Assembly (NCBI GenBank): GCA_951406725.2
Contig: OX597814.1
Location: forward strand, 165,354,001 to 165,418,000
Direction of reading: 5' to 3'
DNA length: 64,000 nucleotides
Source of the DNA: Octopus vulgaris
Lineage: Eukaryota
Shown here: in pieces, positions 41,636-55,291 of the stretch
Layout of the letters: the number at the start of each line of letters is the position of its first letter
Numbering within the stretch: the stretch's first letter is position 1
The notes under the pieces: generated by a model
The model's database searches: none
What the model was told of the DNA's origin: nothing
Seen by the model: the letters and a program-made list of their open reading frames with translations, nothing else
Program-made: the position numbers and the translations under genes

Positions 41636-42080
41636 TCATCATCATCGTTTAACGTCTGTTTTCCATGCTAGCATGGGTTGGACGGTTCAACCAGGGTCTG
41701 GGAAGCCAGGAAGCTGCATCAGGTTCCAGTCTGATCTGGCAGTGTTTCTACAGCTGGATGCCCTTCCTAACGCCAACCACTCCGTGAGTGTAGTGGGTGC
41801 TTTTTACGAGCCACGCGCACAAGTGCCAGGGGAGGCTGGCAATGGCCACGATCAGTTGGTACTTTTTATGGGCCACCGGCACAGAAGCCAGTCAAGGCAG
41901 CGCTGGCATCAGCCACATTCGGATGGTGCTTTTTATGTGCCACCGGCACAGGTATCACAACTACAATATCCATTTGATTTTTTGATGTTGATGTACTTGA
42001 CTCAATAGGTCTCCTCAAGCACAGCAGGTTGCCCTACGATCCAAGGTAAGAACAGCAGGCCATCCTGCGATCCAAGGTAC
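41636..42080 (-). mobile_element. 3'-end-only copy of the RTE LINE family
   Basis: Matches 30235-30855 with fewer UTR units. Confidence 0.88.
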
Positions 42081-42647
42081 AATGTGATATACTATACTGA
42101 TGACAGTAAAGGGATTTACATCTCTAAACTAGAAATCAATCTAAGGTTAAACCTTTTTTAAAAATCTTCTTTGTTCACTTACTTCACTTTCAACCCATAC
42201 TAATGAGGTAAATAATATAGTTCTTAGAGGTATTTTGCATCTATTTCTAGCATGTGGCGCTACTCATTAGTACCCTTATTATGATTCTATTTATATAATT
42301 ATATATTTTGTATACACACACACACAGATACACATATGCATACATGTGCCTATACATGTGTGCGTTACATGTTCCAGGGAAAAAATTCACACGAAAGAGA
42401 TAATGGCTTCTAGGGATGATATTTTTATAGGTATTAAGTCTTCTTTGTGACACTATGACAGTATGTATATATATATATTTTTTTTTTTTTTTAAACTAAG
42501 CTGTTTCATATTTCTTTTGTTTTGTGCTCTAGAATTTGTAGTCTGCCTAACTCGTTTTTGTTTGCTTGAGTTAGTTCTGCAGCTAACCTTAACAAAAACC
42601 AGTTTGAATTAATCATTAATTCCCCATTGAATTCTTGAACCATTGTT

Positions 42648-42681
<34 letters not shown>

Positions 42682-42698
42682 CATTATTATCATTATTA

Positions 42699-42737
<39 letters not shown>
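42648..42737. repeat. (ATT)n/(ATC)n microsatellite
   Basis: Directly visible. Confidence 0.95.
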
Positions 42738-42738
<1 letters not shown>

Positions 42739-43173
42739 TTGACTTGAAAATTGTCATTCCTAGATGCACTTCTTAACAAAATTTGACCCAAATCTGCTTG
42801 ACACAAATTTCAGTATGTCTTTCATTTCTTTATTCGACAGATATTATTCTTGTAAAGTGTTTACAAACTTATTGAGTTAAATGAAGGATTAATCTTTAGC
42901 ATCAAAACTATCCATATCTAGCCCAAATATTCAGTTTCGTGTTCAAACTGCCCAAATCCAACCTCTCTCACCTACCCAACAATTTCATTTTAAAAATAAA
43001 CCAACATATCATTGAAATCTTGAAGCTTCAAGATGATGCATGATTAATTCAAAACAATGTGAATAAATAAGCATTACATTTGACAGAGTAATATGAATGC
43101 TAAAGGATTAAGGGCATGACTGTCTTGGAATGTTGTTGTATTTTGTTTATATACTGTGTTATTCTGTATTATT

Positions 43174-43514
43174 GTGAAGGCGCATGGCTCAGTGGTTAGA
43201 GTGTTGAGCTTACAATTGTGAAGTTGTAAGTTCGAATCCTGGACTGGGCTACGTGTTGTGTTCTTGAGCAAGACACTTTATTTCACATTGCTCCAGTTCA
43301 CTCAGCTGTAGAAATGAGTTGCGATGTCACTGGTGCCAAGCTGTATCGGCTTTTACCTTTCTCTTGGATAACCCTGGTGGCGTGGAGAAGGTAGGCCGGT
43401 ATGCATGGGTGACTGCTGGTCTTCCATAAAACAACCTTGCCTGGACTTGTGCCTGGGAGGGTAACTTTCTAGGTGCAATCCCATGGTCTGTGTCGTGACC
43501 GAGAGGGGTCTCAG
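43174..43514 (+). mobile_element. tRNA-derived SINE family S2, full length
   Basis: A box tggctcagtgg, B box agttcgaatcc, cttgagcaagacactt core; TSD ATTCTGTATT (43161-43170/43516-43525). Confidence 0.9.
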
Positions 43515-44254
43515 AATTCTGTATTGTAATATCATCATCATCATTTTAACATCCATTTTCCCATTCTTGCTTGGGTCACATGGAATTTATTGGGCAGATT
43601 TTCTATTGCTGGGTGCCCTTCCTGTTAACAAGCAAAGTATTATATCCCTCTGACCAGACATGTTTTCAGAGAATATTGGAATTGAATTGACATTCATTTA
43701 CAAGAATTATGCAATGTCAAGACAGAGACACAACTATAAACTCATTTGCACACACACACATGCATATGTACAAGGTGCATTTCAAAAGTAATGAGATGTT
43801 TTCAGGAGAGACATTTATTAATGTCAAAAAAGTACAAAACTCTAATCTCCTTTAAAGTAGAATTCTCTGACTTCAAAACCTCCAAAAAAGTACTTTTTGT
43901 TAATCATGTGGTCAGAAGGAATCCAGTGGGTGTTAATGATACACTTACTGTTTAAAAAAAGGGATCATCATGAGCTTCTCAGTGGACTTTCTTTGCCCAG
44001 CCTCTTGTGCCAGCGAAAAAAAAACAGATGCTTGGCTTATAAGCACTTTGTAATATTTCATAATTTTTTGTTGTATTTTTGTCCAGTTTAACACAAAACT
44101 TTATTGCATAATGAGTTTCTTAATTGTCTTTACAGTCTGACTGTTTTCTGCAAATTAGTCGTCTATGACAAGCAGTGTTCAAAGTACTGTTACAGCCGTC
44201 TCTTTCAATCTGTAATAACAAAAGCTGACGGGTCAGATTATTAGATATATATAG

Positions 44255-44593
44255 TAAAGGGTAAAGGCCCCCTTCGGTCATGAATGACCATGGGATTGCA
44301 CCTAGAAAGTTACCCTCCTAGACACAAGTCCGGGCAAGGTTGTTTATGGAAGACCAGCAGTCGCCCATGCAAACCAGCCTCCCCTCTCCACGCCACCAGT
44401 GTTATCCAAGGGAAAGACAAAGGTCGATACAGCTTGGCACCAGTGACGTCGCAACTCATTTCTACAGCTGAGTGAACTGGTTCAACGTGAAATAAAGTGC
44501 CTTGCTCAAGAACACAACACGCAGCCCAGTCCGGGATTCGAGCTCACAACCTCACGATCGTAAGCTCGACGCTCTAACCACTGAGCCATGCGC
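44255..44593 (-). mobile_element. SINE family S2, full length
   Basis: Reverse complement of the 43174 copy. Confidence 0.9.
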
Positions 44594-45264
44594 AACGACA
44601 CACTAAACTTACAATAATCTTGGACAATTGTAACAGCCTAAAAAAAGTATCAAAACTTCTGGAATGCACCTCTAACACACACACAAAGAGAGAGGCTTCT
44701 TTCACTAAATCCGCTCGCAAGACTGGTTGACCTGGGCTATTGTGGAAGACATTTGTCCTCAGTGCCATACCAGAAAACAAGTGGTTGGGAAGCAAATTTC
44801 TTAACCTTACAGCCACTCCTGCAACTACCATATGTAGTTGTTTTTCTCTATTCACCCTTTAGTGTCATTCTAACCGTGACTCATCTTGTTAGTTTTTTTC
44901 TTATCATGGTCTATATTGTCTAATGTGTGCTTTGTATTTTTTATTAGGCAGTAATATTTGATTTGGGTAATATTTGGCTGCCATTTCTAACAGTTCAACC
45001 AACCACATAAAGTAGTGGTTCTCAAAATGACAAATACCAGGCTGCCGCCCACAAAACTATTAGTGAAATTTTTAGCCACACCTTTCCGTGCTTTGTTAAG
45101 ATAACAATATGAGGTGCTTTCCAAAGGTATCTGACTTTATTTTTCCTGCCAAAGCTAAAGCTGTGTGGGCAAAGTCCTTTGGGTGAGAGATGATGTCACT
45201 TATTCTCTACATGCATGAAAACTTTCATGCTGGTAGGCAGCATCAGTTCCTGGCTGTTATGACA

Positions 45265-45577
45265 AAATGATTACAGAGCAACGTGAAATGAAATGCTTTT
45301 CTCAAGAACACAACACAACGCCCAGTCATGGAATTGAACTCATGATCTCACAATCGTGAGTGCAACACCTTACACACGAATTCACTCCCTCCATTAAATC
45401 GACATCACCTGTACAGGTGCACCATGTACCACATATCAGATGATGAAATGATCACAGAGCAACATGAAAGGAAGTGCTTTTCTCAAGAATACAACACAAT
45501 GCCCGGTCATGGAATTGAATTCATGATCTTGCAATCGTGAGTGCAACACCCTAACTGTTAAGCCATGCGCCTTCACA
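45265..45577 (-). mobile_element. two tandem S2-like SINE heads
   Basis: agagcaac.tgaaa.gaa.tgcttttctcaagaa.acaacacaa...gtgagtgcaacacc occurs twice. Confidence 0.65.
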
Positions 45578-45579
45578 AC

Positions 45580-46115
<536 letters not shown>

Positions 46116-46153
46116 TACATATATATACATATATATATATACACACACATATT

Positions 46154-46184
<31 letters not shown>

Positions 46185-46224
46185 ATATATACATATATAT
46201 ATATATGTGTATATATATATATAT

Positions 46225-46275
<51 letters not shown>

Positions 46276-46280
46276 TATAC

Positions 46281-46374
<94 letters not shown>

Positions 46375-46411
46375 GTATATATATATGTATATATATATAT
46401 ATATATATACA

Positions 46412-46453
<42 letters not shown>

Positions 46454-46455
46454 TG

Positions 46456-46487
<32 letters not shown>

Positions 46488-46544
46488 CATATACATATGT
46501 ATACATATATATATATACATATATACATATATATATACATATAT
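46116..46544. repeat. (TA)n/(TACA)n array
   Basis: Directly visible. Confidence 0.95.
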
Positions 46545-46770
46545 GGCCGTTCGCCAGCCTCGTCTGGCACCTGTGTCGGTGGCACATAAAATCACCCACT
46601 ACACTCTCGGAGTGGTTGGCATTAGGAAGGGCATCCAGCTGTAGAAACACTGCCAGATCTGACTGGCCTGGTGCAGCCTTCGGGCTCCCCAGACCCCAGT
46701 TGAACTGTCCAACCCATGCTAGCATGGAAAGCGGACGTTAAACGACGATAATGATGATGATGATGATGAT
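46545..46770 (+). mobile_element. RTE 3'-terminal fragment
   Basis: Matches 51860-52083; (GAT)n tail. Confidence 0.85.
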
Positions 46771-46781
46771 ATATATATATG

Positions 46782-46985
<204 letters not shown>

Positions 46986-46987
46986 GT

Positions 46988-48575
46988 ATGACCAGCTAAG
47001 CGAATTTAACTTACAACCTGTCATTCATATTAATTTTTTTAAGCGTTGATTCGTAACTCTAAATCCCGTTTCTCTATTATTTATTTCGCCATCTTGTATG
47101 CATGGCTTCCTGTCTGTCATGCATTTTAAATTCCTCCTTTAATTTCAGTGTCATCCCGTTGTTATTCCATCCCCAGAATTCACTACAATATTCTCCCTCT
47201 CTCTCCTATTTATATTATGTTTTAATCGAACCCCGAAGTTTCTAGATGTTCAGTAATTTCTGTCGCAGAAAATTCCCTACGTATTAACTTAAAACCTGTT
47301 GTTCCTTCGTCGTTATTCCTTTCCCCAAAGATACCCTAAATTCCCTACGAAATATTTTCTCTCTCTCTTATTTATATTACATTCTTCTCGAACCCCGAAG
47401 TTTCTAGATGTTCAGTAATTTCTGTCGCAGAAAATTCCCTACGTATTAACTTAAAACCTGTTGTTCCTTCGTCGTTATTCCTTTCCCCAAAGATACCCTA
47501 AATTCCCTACGAAATATTTTCTCTCTCTCTTATTTATATTACATTCTTCTCGAACCCCGAAGTTTCTAGATGTTCAGTAATCTCTGTCGCAGAAAATTCC
47601 CTACGTATTTAACTTAAAACCTGTTGTTCCTTCGTCGTTATTCCTTTCCCCAAAGATACCCTAAATTCCCTACGAAATATTTTCTCTCTCTTATTTATAT
47701 TACATTCTTCTGAACCCCGAAGTTTCTAGATGTTCAGTAATCTCTGTCGCAGAAAATTCCCTACGTATTAACTTAAAACCTGTTGTTCCTTCGTCGTTAT
47801 TCCTTTCCCCAAAGATACCCTAAATTCCCTACGAAATATTTTCTCTCTCTTATTTATATTACATTCTTCTCGAACCCCGAAGTTTCTAGATGTTCAGTAA
47901 TCTCTGTCGCAGAAAATTCCCTACGTATTAACTTAAAACCTGTTGTTCCTTCGTCGTTATTCCTTTCCCCAAAGATACCCTAAATTCCCTACGAAATATT
48001 TTCTCTCTCTCTTATTTATATTACATTCTTCTCGAACCCCGAAGTTTCTAGATGTTCAGTAATTTCTGTTGCAGAAAATTCCTTACGAATTAAACCTGCT
48101 GTTCCTTAGCTCTCTCTCTCTCTCTTCCTTCCCCCCTCTCTCTTTCCTCATGCTTCCACCTGATAATCCCCCCCCCCCAATCCCTAACTCTTTATAAAGC
48201 AGTGTTATCTCGTCCCTCTTCTCGATTCTACATCTTGCTGACAAAACACTGACTCGAAAAATGACCAGCTAAGCGAATTTAACTTACAACCTGTCATTCA
48301 TATTCATTTTTTTTAAGCGTTGATTCGTAACTCTAAATCCCGTTTCTCTATTATTTATTTCGCCATCTTGTATGCATGGCTTCCTGTCTGTCATGCATTT
48401 TAAATTCCTCCTTTAATTTCAGTGTCATCCCGTTATTATTCCATCCCCAGAATTCACTACAATATTCTCCCTCTCTCTCCTATTTATATTATGTTTTAAT
48501 CGAACCCCGAAGTTTCTAGATGTTCAGTAATTTCTGTCGCAGAAAATTCCCTACGTATTAACTTAAAACCTGTTG
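46988..48575. repeat. 160-162 bp tandem satellite within a higher-order duplication of about 1.27 kb
   Basis: gaaccccgaag starts at 47228, 47390, 47552, 47712, 47872, 48034 and 48502; 46988-47300 is repeated at 48261-48575. Confidence 0.92.
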
Positions 48576-48640
48576 TTTCTTGGAGGTGACCCCGCCCGCC
48601 CCGCCCCGCCCGCCCGCCCCGCCCGCCCGCCCGCCCCTTT

Positions 48641-51259
48641 GTGGCTGGTGATTTCAATGGGCATGTTGGACGACATGCTGGGGGCTTCCATGGCGTACAT
48701 GGAGGCTACGGTTATGGTTCCCGCAACGAGGAGGGAACCAGGCTGCTGGAGTTCTGCGATGCGAATAGTCTTATGGTCTGCAACACTAACTTCAGGAAAC
48801 CAACAAGCCACCTGGTCACCTACCGATCGGGCCGGCATACTAGCCAAATCGACTACATCCTTGCCAGAAAAAGGGAAAGATGGCTGCTTAAAAATGCCAA
48901 AACCTTCCCAGGCGAAGAATGTACCCCACAACATAGACTGGTAGTTAGTGACTTTAGGATCAGGACTAAGAGGGCGACTAGAAGACGACCAACATGGAGA
49001 AGAAGGGTCTGGAAGCTTAAAGCCCCTGCGAATGGACAGAGATTTAGAGATATGTTACTTGAAGCCTTCGACGAAGTGGAAGGGGGTATAGCTACACATG
49101 GGGTAGAAGACAACTGGACGTTTCTGAGGGACAACCTGCTGAAAGCCGCTGACCAGATCTGTGGCTGGTGCAAAGTCCCCTTAAGACCCAAAATAACGTG
49201 GTGGTGGAACAATATTGTTGACAGGGCTATTAGACAAAAGAAACAGGCTTGGAAGGCCTGGAAGAACGGTGGTAGCAGGGAAGGGTATCAGACTGCCAGA
49301 AGGGAAGCTAGGAGACAGGTCTATCTAGCCAGAGGGGAAGCAGATAAGAGAAAATTTGCCAATGTCCTGCGCCGTGAGGATGAAAGACTTGAGGTATTTC
49401 GTGTTGCAAGACAGTGTGTGAGAGAGAATCGTGATGTGGTAGGAGAGAAGTGTGTTCGCATGGAGGATGGTTCACTTGCGCTAAATGAGGATGCAAAGAG
49501 AGAAGCTTGGAGACGCCACTATGAAAGGTTACTGAATGAGGAAAATGAATGGGATAAAGAGAGTCTGCCGAATGTTGACCCTACAGAGGGACCAGCTATC
49601 CGAGTTGATAGTTCCGTGGTAGCTAAGGCAATTAGAAGCATGAAGACAGGGAAAGCCCCAGGCCCATCAGGAATTACTGCAGAGATGCTCAAAATATCTG
49701 GCAGTGTCGGCTATAACCTAGTCACCCGTATAGTCAACCAGGTGATACACGAAGGAGTCATACCCAATGACTGGTGCAGCAGCATACTAGTCAACTGCTA
49801 CAAAGGTAAAGGTGATGCCCTAGATACAAATAATTACAGAGGTATCAAGCTGTTGGATCAAGTAATGAAGGTTACGGAGAGGGTCATAGCCCAACTAATT
49901 AGAGAGAGAGTTAGTTTAGATGAGATGCAGTTTGGGTTCGTGCCAGGGAAAAGTACCACTGATGCTATATTCCTGGTAAGGCAGCTGCAGGAGAAATACC
50001 TAGCCAAAGATAAGCCCCTGTACCTGGCTTTCGTTGACATGGAGAAAGCTTTTGATAGGGTCCCCCGATCCCTTATCTGGTGGTCAATGAGGAAACTAGG
50101 GATAGATGAATGGCTGGTGAGGACTGTGCAAGCCATGTACAGAGATGCCGTAAGTAAGGTTAGGGTTGGCAACATGTACACAGAAGAATTCAAAGTAGAG
50201 GTTGGGGTCCACCAGGGTTCAGTACTCAGCCCCCTCCTATTTATCATAGTACTCCAGGCAATTACGGAGGAATTCAAGACAGGCTGTCCCTGGGAGCTCC
50301 TCTACGCTGACGACCTTGCTCTTATTGCTGAGTCACTATGAGAACTGGAGGAGAAGTTCCAGGTGTGGAAGGAGGGTTTAGAATCAAGGGGCCTTAGAGT
50401 CAACCTAGCTAAAACCAAAGTACTAATAAGTAGAAAGGTAGACAATCCACAAATATCTTCAGGAAGATGGCCCTGCTCGATCTGTAGAAAAGGTGTAGGT
50501 AGAAACTCTATAAGATGTACCCAGTGTAAGCTATGGACACATAAGAGGTGCAGCAATGTCAAAGGTAGGCTAACTGGGAAGATAGTTTTTGTATGTGGCA
50601 GATGCTCGGGAGCATTAACCTCCGAAAATCTGCAGAAAACAACTTCCGTCACTTTCCAGGGGGAAAAACTAGAAGTAGTTGATAGCTTCCGTTATCTAGG
50701 TGACCAAGTCAGTAGTGGGGGTGGGTGCGCTGAAAGTGTAACTGCTAGAATAAGAATAGCCTGGGCAAAGTTTAGGGAGCTCTTACCTCTGCTGGTGACT
50801 AAAGGCCTCTCGCTCAGAGTAAAAGGCAGACTGTATGATGCGTGTGTACGAACAGCCATGCTACATGGCAGCGAAACATGGGCCGTGACTGCTGAGGACA
50901 TGCGTAAGCTCGTGAGGAATGAAGCCAGTATGCTCCGATGGATGTGTAATGTCAGTGTACATACTCGACAGAGCGTTAGCACCTTGAGAGAAATGTTGTA
51001 CCTAAGAAGCATCAGTTGTGGTGTGCAAGAGAGACGATTGCGCTGGTATGGTCATGTGGCGAGAATGGATGAAGATAGGTGTGTGAGAAAGTGCCAATCC
51101 CTAGCAGTTGAGGGAACCCGTGGAAGAGGTAGACCCAGGAAAACCTGGGACGAGGTGGTGAAGCACGACCTTCGAACTTTAGGCCTCACTGAGGAAATGA
51201 CCAGAGACCGAGACCTTTGGAAATATTCTGTACGTGAGAAGACCAGGCAGGACAAGTGA
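48641..51259 (+). pseudogene. APE(partial)-RT-PHD polyprotein, one in-frame TGA at 50339-50341
   Basis: ORFs 48641-50341 and 50363-51259 are in the same frame. Confidence 0.95.
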
Positions 51260-51350
51260 GCCCAGCCCACTTATGAATGCCTTTCCTCCCTTGGACACAA
51301 AGACCGGTTGAGGCAAGCGAAGTCGATATAGAACCTCATCCGACGACAGA

Positions 51351-51795
51351 CACCCATGCCAACCCCCCATGCTTGCGAAGACATGTTGGGGCAAGCGAAA
51401 TCGAAATCGAAACCGAATTGAACCAGCCAGGATCCCTGGCCTGGTGGTACGTAAAAAGCACTATCCGACTCGTGGCCGTGGCACGTAAAATACTCCAATG
51501 CGACCGTACGACAGGCACCCATGCCAACCCCCTTTGCTTGTGAAGACATGTTGGGGCAAGCGAAATCGAAATCGAATTGAACCAGCCAGGATCCCTGGTC
51601 TGATGGTACGTAAAAAGCACTATCCGACTCGTGGCCGTGGCACGTAAAATACTCCAATGCGACCGTACGACAGGCACCCATGCCAACCCCCTTTGCTTGT
51701 GAAGACATGTTGGGGCAAGCGAAATCGAAATCGAATTGAACCAGCCAGGATCCCTGGTCTGGTGGTACGTAAAAAGCACTATCCGACTCGTGGCC
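51351..51795 (+). repeat. about 160-bp tandem repeat (about 2.7 copies) in the LINE 3' UTR
   Basis: cacccatgccaaccccc at 51351, 51516 and 51675. Confidence 0.9.
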
Positions 51796-52519
51796 GATGC
51801 CAGCACCGCCTCGACTGGCTTCCGTGCCGGTGGCACATAAAATACACCAATCTGACCGTGGCCGTTGCCAGCCCCGCCTGGCACCTGTGCAGGTGGCACG
51901 TAAAAAGCACCCACTACACTCACGGAGTGGTTGGCGTTAGGAAGGGCATCCAGCTGTAGAAACATTGCCAAATTTAGACTGGAGCCTGGTGCAGCCTTCT
52001 GGCTTCCCAGAACCCCGGTCGAACCGTCCAACCCATGCTAGCATGGAGAACGGACGTTAAACGACGATGATGATGATGATGATATATACATATATATGTG
52101 CACATATATATATGCGCATATATATATATGCACATATATACAAATATATATTTATAAAATATTTATACACACATACACTTTGTGTATGTTTGTATGTTAT
52201 TGCATTTATGTTGTGTTTGTGCCCTATCACTGTTTAACACCTGATGTTGGTTTGTTTACATCCTCATGATTTAACAATTCAGTGAAAGAACATGATGGAA
52301 TACATACCAAACTTTAAAAAAAAATTTGACTGAACCCTTCTAGGCAGTGCTCCAGCATGGTTGCAATTCAATGTCTAAAACAAGTAAAAGATAAAAGATG
52401 CAATTTATTCTTCATTAACACTGCACTGTTGTTTGTTAAAACTCAACCTGGTAGTTTGGATGTGTTACATCTAGCCTGATTTTACTTTCTCCTTGGTGTT
52501 TCACCTGTATTTTACCTCA

Positions 52520-52770
52520 GTTGGTGCTATGTAAATAGCAGCCATGCTGGTGCCACATAATAAAGCAGCTGTACTGGTGCCATCTATAAAGCACCCATGC
52601 TGGTGACATATAAAAAGCACCCATGCTGATGCCATGCAATAAGCACTGTTGCTGGGACCTCGTAAAAAGCATCCTGTACATGCTATAAAGTGGTTGGCTT
52701 TAGGAAGGACATCCAGCTGTAGAAAGCATGCCAGAAATAGACAATTGGACCCTGATACTGCTGTTTGTTT
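52520..52770 (+). mobile_element. old RTE-3'-end-related repeat
   Basis: Decayed UTR units plus gtggttggctttaggaaggacatccagctgtagaaa. Confidence 0.65.
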
Positions 52771-52789
52771 GTTGAGCAAAGTGGTCTTC

Positions 52790-53112
52790 GTCCCAGAGCT
52801 CGCAAGATCGCGCCTCAGGATTGTCTGTAGAAGTCCGAAACATGGTCCTTTGCTATTCGTAAGACTCGCAGAAGAGAAAGCAGGTCAAGCTCCGACACCG
52901 AGTGCATCGACGGATGGATGAATGCACATCCAGGCTCAGCGGTTGCGTAGGAAGTCAAGGACAAGAAACAGGAAGAAAGAGTGAGAGAAAGTTGGAGCGA
53001 AAGAGTACAACAGGGGTCGCCACCACCCCCTGCCAGAGCCTCGTGGAGCTTTAGGTATTTTTGCTCAATAAACACACACAGTGCCCGGTTTGGGAATCGA
53101 AACCGCGATCCT
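52790..53112 (-). mobile_element. SINE family S3 variant with a different 3' tail
   Basis: Shares the S3 5' half (ctcaataaacac...gggaatcgaaaccgcgatcc). Confidence 0.75.
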
Positions 53113-53704
53113 CTTGGTGCTGCTGTCAAAATGTCCTAGCCATGCCAGTTTGGAAAACGTGAAATGATGATGGTGTTACATCAGAAACTAGTAAGTGGAA
53201 CTAGGTTGATAGAGGCTAAGATATAAAATTCCTTTGGACTATATGTGGAATTTGAAACCCAGTGGAGATTTTGATATTATAGAGACTGATTTAGTTTGTG
53301 TGTTTGTGTATGTCTGTGTTTAATATCTATATGTAACAAAGCCTGAGGACGGTCACTTTAAAATTGCTTTGTAGTAGTGTTGTAGTGTACATTTAATGTA
53401 TTTAGTTTTGTAACAAGTGGTATTTTAGTGATTCAGTTGAAGGCCATTTGTCTGCTAGAGAGAGACGCTCTGTTGGTAATAATGATGGTGGTGGTGGAGG
53501 TGGGAATAAATCATAGCATGCACATAAATGGCATGACAACTACTGGTGCTAAAGCACCATGTAATTATACTCTCAATAGAAACGGTTCCTCTGAATAAAT
53601 TTAGTTTTATCACTCACAGTCCTGGAAAAGAAGAAAGCTGTATAATACACAGTTAACTATACTTAGAAACAAATACGTATAAACATATATGCCTAAAAGC
53701 AAAC

Positions 53705-53960
53705 ATGTGTGTGTGTGTGTATATGTATGTGTGTGTGTGTATATATATATGTGTGTGTGTGTATATATATATATGTGTGTGTGTGTGTGTATGTGTGTGT
53801 ATATATATGTGTGTATATATATGTGTGTGTGTGTGTGTATATGTGTGTATGTATATATATGTGTATATATATATGTGTGTATATATATATGTGTGTGTGT
53901 ATATATATGTGTGTGTGTATATATATGTGTGTGTGTGTATATATATATACATATATTTAA
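53705..53960. repeat. (TG)n/(TA)n microsatellite
   Basis: Directly visible. Confidence 0.95.
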
Positions 53961-54347
53961 ACACATACATACTTACACATGCTAACATTCACATGTAAGC
54001 TCTCAAACATAGGAGCATGCATGTATATATGCATTTATGTTTGCATATACACGCATACATGCACACGTATATGCTCAGATTTACAAATGAGTGAAAATTA
54101 TATTACATACATGTAACAAAATTTATTCATTTATTCAAAGCTGATGCTTCCTTGTGGAAAATAGAATCTTATGTACAGAATTTAGTGATGATTTGATAAA
54201 TAAGTAACCTCAGCCTCAAATAAATGACTACAGCCCGTGTTAGGGTGGGAAAACGGATGTGAAATTATGAGGATGTTCATAATGGTATATATGTATACAC
54301 ATATACACACACTCATAGAGATACATGTACATCATATTGTGTGTGTG

Positions 54348-54382
<35 letters not shown>

Positions 54383-54383
54383 A

Positions 54384-54434
<51 letters not shown>

Positions 54435-54454
54435 GGTGTATATATATATATATA

Positions 54455-54567
54455 CATGGTATGCATGGGTGACTGCTGGTCTTCCATAAACAACCTTACC
54501 TGGAATTGTGCCTGGAAGGGCATCTTTCTGGGTGCAACCCATGGTCAATCATGATCAAAGGGGGTCT

Positions 54568-54610
<43 letters not shown>

Positions 54611-54957
54611 GTGAAGGCACATGGCTCAGTGGTTAGTGTCAAGCTTACGATCGTGAGGTTGTGAGTTTGAATCCCGGACCGGACTGCGTGTTGTATTCTT
54701 GAGCAAGACACTTTATTTCCTATTGCTCCAGTTCACTCAGTTGTAGAAATGAGTTGTGATGTCACAGGTGCCAAGCTGTATCTGCTGTTGCCTTTCCCTT
54801 GGATAACACTAGTGGTGTGGAGAGGGGAGGCCGGTATGCATGGGTGACTGCTGGTCTTCCAATAAAGAAATAGGGTGACTGCTGGTCTTCCATAAACAAC
54901 TTTACCCAGAATTGTGCCTGGAAGGGTAACTTTCTGGGTTCAATCCCATGGTCTCAA
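54455..54957 (+). mobile_element. SINE S2 3' fragment (54455-54570) plus a full S2 copy (54611-54957)
   Basis: Match to the 43174 copy. Confidence 0.85.
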
Positions 54958-55291
54958 TATATATATATTTATTTATTTACACACATACATATATATACAC
55001 ACACACTCATATATATATGTATATGTGCACACATACTTAAAATGAATAAACAAATAAAAGTAGCATTCAATATATTTAGTTTAAACGTAATCCATTGCTC
55101 ATTTAACACAACCACTTGCACCATGTTCCAAATAGCCAGCCTCAGTTTTGCACCATGGTAACTGAAATAAGAACAGATATTTTGAAAGCAAGGGTAATAA
55201 ACTATACAACTTTTTTCTGATATTTTCTATAAATCTAAGCAAAGCTGAGTACTGCTGCTAGTGTGTGTGTGTGTGCGTGTGTGCGTCTGTC

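Larger units (their letters stand above)
48638..52083 (+). mobile_element. RTE-clade LINE, 5'-truncated, young (copy B)
   Basis: AGDFNGHVG, SQIDYIL, KAPGPSG, NYRGIKLL, QFGF, DMEKAFD, GVHQGSVLSP, LLYADD, FRYLG, RLRWYGHV, RGRGRPRKTW; (GAT)n tail. Confidence 0.97.

Noticed and set aside
43176-43250. SINE heads as functional tRNA genes
   Set aside because: They continue into SINE bodies with TSDs and lack proper acceptor stems
47228-48105. CRISPR-like regular array
   Set aside because: Whole units are near-identical with no unique spacers; no cas genes; eukaryotic context
48563-51708. Antisense and alternative-frame ORFs over the LINEs
   Set aside because: Shadow ORFs of the RT coding sequence or UTR repeats
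53340-53450. CTGAGGA followed by a possible stem
   Set aside because: No GAAA core or stem I/III; other CTGATGA hits (about 1842, 12469, 19955, 42097) fail likewise
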